A DNA stretch of 57,404 nucleotides, filler included, from Sphacelaria rigidula (Eukaryota), in NCBI GenBank assembly GCA_964200075.2. It is 8 parts of 8 records of this genome, joined end to end, with 100 filler letters (N's around TTAATTAATTAA, not from the genome) between each part and the next. Parts side by side here need not be neighbours in the genome. Positions count along the whole stretch, not along the records: positions 50,317 to 57,404 come from CAXNAA020016550.1; 7 more parts are not named here. One strand, given 5' to 3'. The position numbers were made by a program, and so were the translations under genes. This document shows positions 50,317 through 57,404 of the stretch, piece by piece. Every line of letters begins with the position of its first letter. The first letter of the stretch is position 1. Below the pieces are notes generated by a model that was given only the letters and a program-made list of their open reading frames with translations, was not told where the DNA came from and did not search any database.

Positions 50317-53300
50317 ACCTACTTGTACTAGGATCAGTCCCCGCGTGTTACCTCTCCGACTACTTTGCCACGTACTAGTGGATATACAAAGTAGTAACAG
50401 CGAGTAATACTGCACACAAATCATAGACCCGTCACGGAATTGTCTATACATTCCTCTACGTGGTCGAAGCACAGTACCACTGTGTTCACGCATCACCCAT
50501 GCTGGACGTGTGGAGACTACAGTCGGTAGAATATGTGCCGGTTGGCGTGTAACGTATGCGGAGAAATACTCGCACACCTACATCTGTTGAATAGATTTCA
50601 ATCTATGCCCTATGCTCGAGCTAACTCTTTGTCTACCTTCCTGGTGTGTCTGGATACTGTATCATCTCGAGAAACACCACCCTACCTGGGCATTGAGCAG
50701 CCTGCAGAGCTTTGCACACTCGAGAGATGTAACAAACCTCAAAACGGAGCCGGCGCGCAAGCCGCGCAGCCAAGTCTGCTGCCAGCACAAAGTGTTGGGG
50801 AGGGTCGGACTATGGCCTGATAGCACCGTCACACCGTGCTTTTCAGCCGAAGAAGCGTACACTTTACAGGGTGTAGCCTACTCGGTAGGTTGTACAAGCT
50901 GGGCCGGCCAAGAAGCTCGTCAATCGGCAATATCACCGCGCGCCACTCGTTTTTTCGAGTTGGAACCTCAAAGGTTGGAGCGGATCGATAATCGCAGTGA
51001 AGACGGCCAAAAAATATTTATTTATTTTGTGATCTTTCGTGGTTGTATCGAGGAGTTGCTTCAAAATCACGTCTCGAAATTTGAGGTCCCACCTCGAAGA
51101 AATGAGTGGCGCGCGGCGATATTCCTGCATTTCCTCCGTTGACTGGTGTATTGACTGGAATATGTACGAGGCCATAACTCTTGGTACAAGACGAATTGAG
51201 CCTCACAACTACCATGCATCTTATCCCAATGCCATCACGCACGCACACACCAAATTTTAGCTTGATCGGGGATACTTTCTTTCAGTCGATTTTACAGTTG
51301 GACAACTCTCCACCGCGCCGCCAATTTGCCACAATTTCCCTACATCAGGGCAAAGCAATTTTTTTCCGGCGCCTATCATTCCTGTATTGCCTGATGAAAT
51401 CAGCCTCCAAATTCGAAGCCCAAACTCGTGACAGCCGTAGAGCTAGACCCGACTGAAGGATTGTTGGCTTTTTGGCCGGCCCAGCTTGTATGGGCTCGTC
51501 ACTAAACGTCGACGGAAACACACAGCTCGAGAACATACTCGATACGGTGCCAGCCATAATCGGCATTAAGCTCATCGGGTGCCACATGATACCCTAGTCG
51601 AGGCCCAGCGCAGCACCGGCGGGACTAAACAGACGCAAGGTCGCTTAGTCGACACCCAGAGTGTGTGTACGTACGGCGATGGACCACGTTGTAGCAGGGG
51701 TTGTACGGCGATGTGACTATGTGGGCACGCCTGACAGTACTTCAAAATTCGGACTGCTCTCCGGAGAGTTTTAGAGACGTCACCTCCTCTACCGCATCGT
51801 ACTGAGTCGAACGAACTCCACCTCCTCCGGTGTGAGCTCTGTAGAGTCCGACCCCTGTCCATCCCCAGTAGTGCCAGACCCTGACCGCGCAGTCTTAGCC
51901 GCGTCTGCAGTCAATTGTTGTGGTTTGAGCTGACTGGAGCTCAGCATAGGCACCTTCTTACCCTGCCTGTCGAGGTACCAGCTGGTCGGTACGGTGTCCA
52001 ACGAGAGGCACCCACCCCTACCCTTCCCAGCCAGGTGCTTTTGTAGGCCCTCCACCAGTAGCTCCACGTGGCTCGGCGTGTCGATCGTGGTCATGTAGCG
52101 ATACACCTCCGCCAAGTCCGACAGGGGTAGACTGTCCACTAGCTGTACTAGGGTTGTGTTGGGACGGTGTGGAGTCGGTGGGGCCTCAACGTGCCTCATG
52201 ACTATTTGTGCTGCACTAGCATTGAGTGTGTCTGTGTTCAACCCTACGTACCTGACGCATGCCGTGTGAAGGTCCGGTGGCATACATGGGCTGAGCGGTC
52301 CTTTGATCAGATCGATGAGTCCTTGCAGTGCCCTCAGCATAGCACTGGTGTCAAAGAGTATTCGGAGACATTCGTGACCCGACCTGAGCATGTAGGCCAT
52401 GTCTCTCATAGCGCTCAGTGTGGTATGTCAGCTACAGCAACGCTCCACTTCGGCACTTTCAGTACTCTCATGGCGAGGAGTATGTCTCGTACGTTGGGTC
52501 CATCGAAACACTCGGCCAATATACTGAAGAAGTCTGCGAGCGTGTCAGAGAGTCTGTCCGGGGCCCCACTGTACGCTACGGTACCGGTGTAGGTCAGTAT
52601 GACGGACGGGCCCGAGCACCTTAGCATGATCTGTCACGCAGGACGCATCGATATCGAGACCAATGTCTCTGCCTTTCTGCCATGTATGACACTACCCGAC
52701 GCTGTGGCTAGAGGAGATACATTGTCGGACTCGGTTGTTGTCTCCCACAGGCCTGCCATATTGACCGACTCTGGTACACCTGGCTGTAACGTCACCACAG
52801 ACGAGGCCACTGTAGGTAGGGGACATAGTACCACTATACTACAGCCGCCTATGTTATACGACCCGAGTTGTAGTATGAGCTTAGCGTACAGTAACTCTGT
52901 CGACAGTGCACTTCGTACTTCTGGCGAGGCTATACAGGCAGTCATTCCTCGTGTTGCAGAGTTACGTGGCATAGCAGTGCCGAACAGTTTCTCCTCCAAG
53001 AGCTTTGTTTGCTCGAACATACTACTACTAGTAGACATGAGTTGAGTCACGTACCACGTCGGGTTAACTAGCTGTTCGCCCGACAATAGTATGCGTCTGC
53101 CTCTGTCGAGCACCTCATACGAGCCGTTTGGGACACTGTTTTGGCCAAGGCCACAGTCCAGACATAGACTAATAGAGCATGTGTTCGGCCGGACCGCATA
53201 GGCCCTCTGCATAGGTATGGAACACCGTGGGCCCAAACTGTAACTGCTACGAGTTGTAGAGGACATACCCTTCCTCGAGGAGTGCATGGCACACGGACGT

Positions 53301-53862
53301 ATACACGCGCTTGCCACGGTACATTATGCACTTGGTCGAGTCTATACCCATCGAGCCTAGTGAGTCCTCCAGAGTACAGCCCAGCATACTGTCTATCCTC
53401 CTCGACCTCTCGCGAACCAGATCCATTGGGTGAGTAGATATGCGCTTCTCTGAGTCGAGTGGATACATACGTGTAGCTTCTTTATATCAGTCCACGGTCC
53501 TGTACATCAGCACGTTTAGGACTTCGTCAGCCGTAGCAGTGCTTGGTTGTGTTTGGGCCGATACAGCCCCGATGCGAGTCCACATACCTACGAATGTGGT
53601 GCGATTTACGCCACATACCGTACCGTGGTTAAGTCCATAGAACGGCACGCACAACAGAGACAGAGCCAGGTTGTACCCAGTAGTACCGTCAGTTGTTATC
53701 ATGTTCCTACACATCAGAAAGAGGTCGGCTCTAAACTTACTCAGTCTGTTCGAAGATAGCAGCGTGGCTAGGGTGGTGCTATACTCAACCCTACTCGTAA
53801 CGCTCGAAGTGTAGTTAAGTAAGGCCAAGGTGCTGCGTACGCGGCTTACCACTGTGCTAGAC
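50317..53862 (-). pseudogene. Long intronless decayed ORF; candidate endogenous negative-strand RNA virus L-protein C-terminal half
   Basis: ORFs 53852/53468 and 53317/52627 chain in frame through single stops; 51587/50862/50577 chain in frame once the MITE is removed. About 980 codons with about four frameshifts. Motif order resembles L conserved regions IV-V (by-eye comparison only). Confidence 0.55.
50895..51488. mobile_element. Tc1/mariner-type MITE (594 bp, TA TSD)
   Basis: TA|CAAGCTGGGCCGGCCAAGAAGC ... GCTTTTTGGCCGGCCCAGCTTG|TA. Confidence 0.88.
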
Positions 53863-53881
53863 CCTATACTCCTACTCCAAT

Positions 53882-54375
53882 ATGGACGAGACGTACGTGG
53901 ACGAGTACTACGATGGCGAGGAGGACACTATGACAGCCCCGACAGACCGTGGCGATGACTTGGCATGCATGGGACCATACGACGGACTGGTGGAGCAGAG
54001 TGACAGAAATGTACCTGGCACTGATCGACAGCACACCAACACACAGCTTAGTGACTATCTGAGAGCCACCGGTGTAGGAGTGGACCCAGACATACCCCAG
54101 TCGTCTGTGGCTCAGGGTAGTATGGTCGCTCTGGGGCACGAATCATGTGGTGTCAAAGTGTCCCTAGCCGATAGTGTTGCAGAGGTAGACATAGAGTCGG
54201 TCGTGGGGTGTACGAGGTACTCTATGGCACGGGACGTAGGTACCATACAGTGGTTATATCGTTCACTAGAGGCAGTGGTGGAGGGGAAGACATGCTGGAC
54301 TGGACCTCAGCTGAGCAACACCGTCACCGTATTAGGACCGGGGCACAGCATGAGCCCGCGTCTATGCCCTCATCC
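53882..54375 (+). pseudogene. Acidic-start ORF (MDETYVDEYYDGEED...), putative viral L N-terminus, truncated by a SINE
   Basis: Open ~165 codons from ATG, with the same GTAC/ACTA-rich composition as the adjacent minus-strand frame; the last ~30 codons of the listed ORF are SINE-derived. Confidence 0.4.
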
Positions 54376-54376
54376 T

Positions 54377-54665
54377 ACAACAGTGGAGAGCGACTATTTC
54401 GTAGATACACACAAATTCGACTCTAGAGTCGACGAGAGAAAGAGACTGCTGAACCTCTCTCGCGAAAAAAAATAAGGTATGCACCGCAGAAAGATGATGA
54501 AGTACTAGAAAAATATATATAGATATATAGATATATAGATATATATCATGTTTGCCGTCCTCCTGTGTGACCCCGGCTAATGTGCCCACATATATCCCGG
54601 AATGGGTTGTAGACTGCTGGCGTCCAGAATAGATGGGATGACCACACACAAACGCACACACACCA
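54377..54665 (+). mobile_element. 5'-truncated SINE family 1 (further fragment 54711-54825)
   Basis: GTGGAGAGCGACTAT...AAATTCGAC...GTCGACGAG...CCTCCTGTGTGACCCCGGCT...GTCCAGAATAGATGGGA with CA tail. Confidence 0.8.
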
Positions 54666-57230
54666 CTGCTCACCGACTGACTGATACCGTACGCACCGAT
54701 GCCCATCGTAAGAAAAAAGTGGAGTACTGAAAACAAAATGAAGAACTCCGGGGTTGGCGTTCCTCCTGTGTGGCCTGGGCTGGCGCGCCCACATATGCCC
54801 CTACTCTAAGGTAAACTGGCGTCCACCATCAGTGCGAACAGGGGATGGTGGATAAAACTGAGTCATGTTTCTGTGGCAGGTTCAACTCCTACACGCAGCT
54901 CTGCGAAAAATTTCATCTCTGCAAATATACATAAGAATAGATATACAACACACTGACTGGCTCACAACCATCCCCGCTTATCTGCAACCACGTGCATACC
55001 GCGCACGCTTCTGTGCCCATAACGAAATGAGAAAAAGAGATTGGTATAAAAAACTGTGATCCACGGCGATGTGTGCGATACAAGTTATTAGCAGCGGGGG
55101 GATTCTCAAACTCGAGGTTCGCGGGATGTTTCACAGTAATTTGCAGTCAAATATAACGGGAACCCCGAGTTTGAGATACCTCCAGCAACTCCCACACACA
55201 CCGGAAATTTTCTCAGTCCTACAGATTATGGGGTATGCTTGAAAGACACTTGAAGAAAAACGTTCAACCACGGGATGTGCCAGTGTTGTGGAGGTGTATG
55301 TGTAGTGTCTGAATACTGAGGGCCATCACAAAAACTTGTTTTCGTGAGATTGAGAATCTACGATACGATTGAGAGTAGGCTTTTATGGCTTTCAGAGGCC
55401 GGGAGTGTCTGCATCATTAATGGACAAAACGCTTACCTCGCACATTGGTGCAGAATTCTGCTGGCAAACCGAACAATGTTTCTGTGAAATCGAGCGTTGA
55501 AAGTACGATCGAGAGTAAGGTTTTATTCATAACATGTCTCGCTGCGCCGGTTCCGATGATGAGACGAAAAGTTTACATGTGTAGCATGTTGGAACATTCC
55601 TGCCACCCATTGCCTGAATGTAATGGGAGAATAATGTTGGACAATGTTGCGCGCTGGCCCACAGGCGCGCATTTGTGGCATTTGCGGAAGAATACACCGT
55701 TCAAGAGGTCTCCAAAGTAGTGAGTCGTGCGGTTCGAGTAAAAGATACGATTAAGCCAGGTTGTGCCCGAATTAATTCGCAATTGCGGTTGATGCCACCG
55801 TTCGTGTGGACTTGGGGCTCGTGGATATCTTGAAATCACGTTTCTGTTAAAAAATTTCGCCGCAGTTTCCGTCGTTGTTTTTGAAAGCGCAAGTCATCGC
55901 GTGTGACATGACTGCTGATATCCCGCCTTTTCGTGCCGAGAAAAGTCGCAAAACGTGGTGGGACCCTGGATTCTGTTCCATCATCTCACCCTCGATGTAA
56001 GCGGATCATAACAAATTCTCTTGCACAAAGCCAATGGAGCGCCTCCCATCTATGAGCTGCAGCAAATCGATTTTGCCAGTGACTCTCGCCAACCGCATCG
56101 GATTTCCGAAAATGCACTCGAAACATGAGCCGACGGACTCATCAAGAATAGCTCATGACCCATCAACACGGAAAAACAAATACTACCGCATCAACAAGTC
56201 AGCTGTAAAACACCGGGAGCACTTAGAACTGGCTAACCAAAACAAAAACACCATGCTGTGCTGAACAGCAATCAACGGTACAACGAACACCGGATGCTGG
56301 GTCTCGGTAGGCTCCAAGACCACCGCTCGCGCCCCACCTATACCCCATCCCTGCTCTCCCCCTTGAGGGACAATACGCGGCGTACACAAATCGCCGACTC
56401 TGCGCAATTTGATGTCACGCCGAGCGTCGACAAATGGAAGAGATGCGTCTTGCACGTCTTCTGCATGATCCTGCGAAAATGATTGATCGGGGGCAGCGGC
56501 GAAGGGTACGGGGGAACAGGACGTCCTTTTGTCCCGTGTGGGGATGATGCTTCCAAACGTATCCATTTACTTGGCACCACGCGAGGACGATACCGACACA
56601 TTCAACACTAGGCGGGTACTCACAATCGAAAAGACTTCGACTCATGATGCCGAGCAGCTGGGCACTCTCGACTCCGGCGACATAGACACGACATCCTCTA
56701 AGACCTTGTCGAGCTCGATCGTGTCTCCGTCGGGTTCATGGAAAAGGTGCCAGCGACAGCGGGGGGAAAGAGACGGTGCGCATAAGGCAGGGGTGTGAGT
56801 CAAGAGTAGTGACGCATATGCATGGGTAGTGCACTCTCTGGGATATCCGTCATCATTTGCGATACACACCTATATACTTTCTAGCATGAACAGGAGTGCT
56901 AAAAATATGCAAGGCCCTATGCCGATTTTTTCAATTCTCGGTGTTTTCGGGGAGGGGGGGGGGGGGGGGTAGTCTCACTTTAATGGCAAACAAGAATCTT
57001 GATTTTTTTAAAATGGGGGGGNNNNNNNNNNGAATCGCGTAGTGGGCGTCTGTGTTTTGTTTTCTTTGGTGTCGGTGTGCGGTGGGGGGGGGGGGGGGGG
57101 GGGGGGTGGGTTAGTCTCACTTTAATGGCAAGCACGAATCTTGATTTTTTCAAAATCGGGGGGAGAAAAAGTCGGGGAACGCATTTTATGGACACGAATT
57201 TGGACCAAGTCGGGGCCAAAATAATCGGGG

Positions 57231-57299
57231 GTCACGATCTCGGAACGTTTTCCCCCGATTTTTCGGGAAAATCAGGGGACATCGTTCCGAGATCGTGAC
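57231..57299. repeat. Perfect 17-bp inverted repeat within a probable MITE
   Basis: GTCACGATCTCGGAACG ... CGTTCCGAGATCGTGAC. Confidence 0.7.
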
Positions 57300-57404
57300 T
57301 CCCCCGATTTCTTTGAGGTGACGTACGTGCATTGGCGTACACTCCCAGAGTGCGAGGCGTCAGATATTTTTGCAACGGCAGCAGAAGACAGTCTCGTGAC
57401 AGCA

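Noticed and set aside
48762-53862. Copia element capturing the virus-like ORF
   Set aside because: They lie on different contigs separated by an artificial linker.
55300-56870. Possible decayed transposase on the minus strand
   Set aside because: Fragmentary ORFs without any motif I can assign.
56945-57165. Direct duplication around a 11-N gap
   Set aside because: Could be an assembly overlap at poly-G tracts; cannot be trusted.

Overview
Eukaryotic, repeat-rich DNA, most consistent with a brown alga (inferred from short GT-AG exons in long introns, the SINE/LINE/MITE repertoire and TTAGGG-type hexamers). The window is not one locus. It is eight pieces of exactly 7088 bp joined by identical 100-bp linkers (44N-TTAATTAATTAA-44N), so nothing can be inferred across linkers. 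Most sequence is decayed mobile DNA: nested Ty3/gypsy elements, a copia RT/RNase H with its 3' LTR, two LINEs (one with a clean internal inversion), a probable DIRS/Ngaro remnant, pogo- and Sola-like transposase fragments, tRNA-derived SINEs, MITEs and tandem repeats. Host coding content is two typA/bipA exons, three in-frame exons of an unnamed protein and one orphan exon. The most striking feature is at 50317-54375: an intronless, decayed reading frame of about 980 codons whose motif order resembles the C-terminal half of a negative-strand RNA virus L polymerase, joined head-to-head to a putative L N-terminus. This is a candidate endogenous RNA-virus element, assigned by eye and not confirmed by any search.
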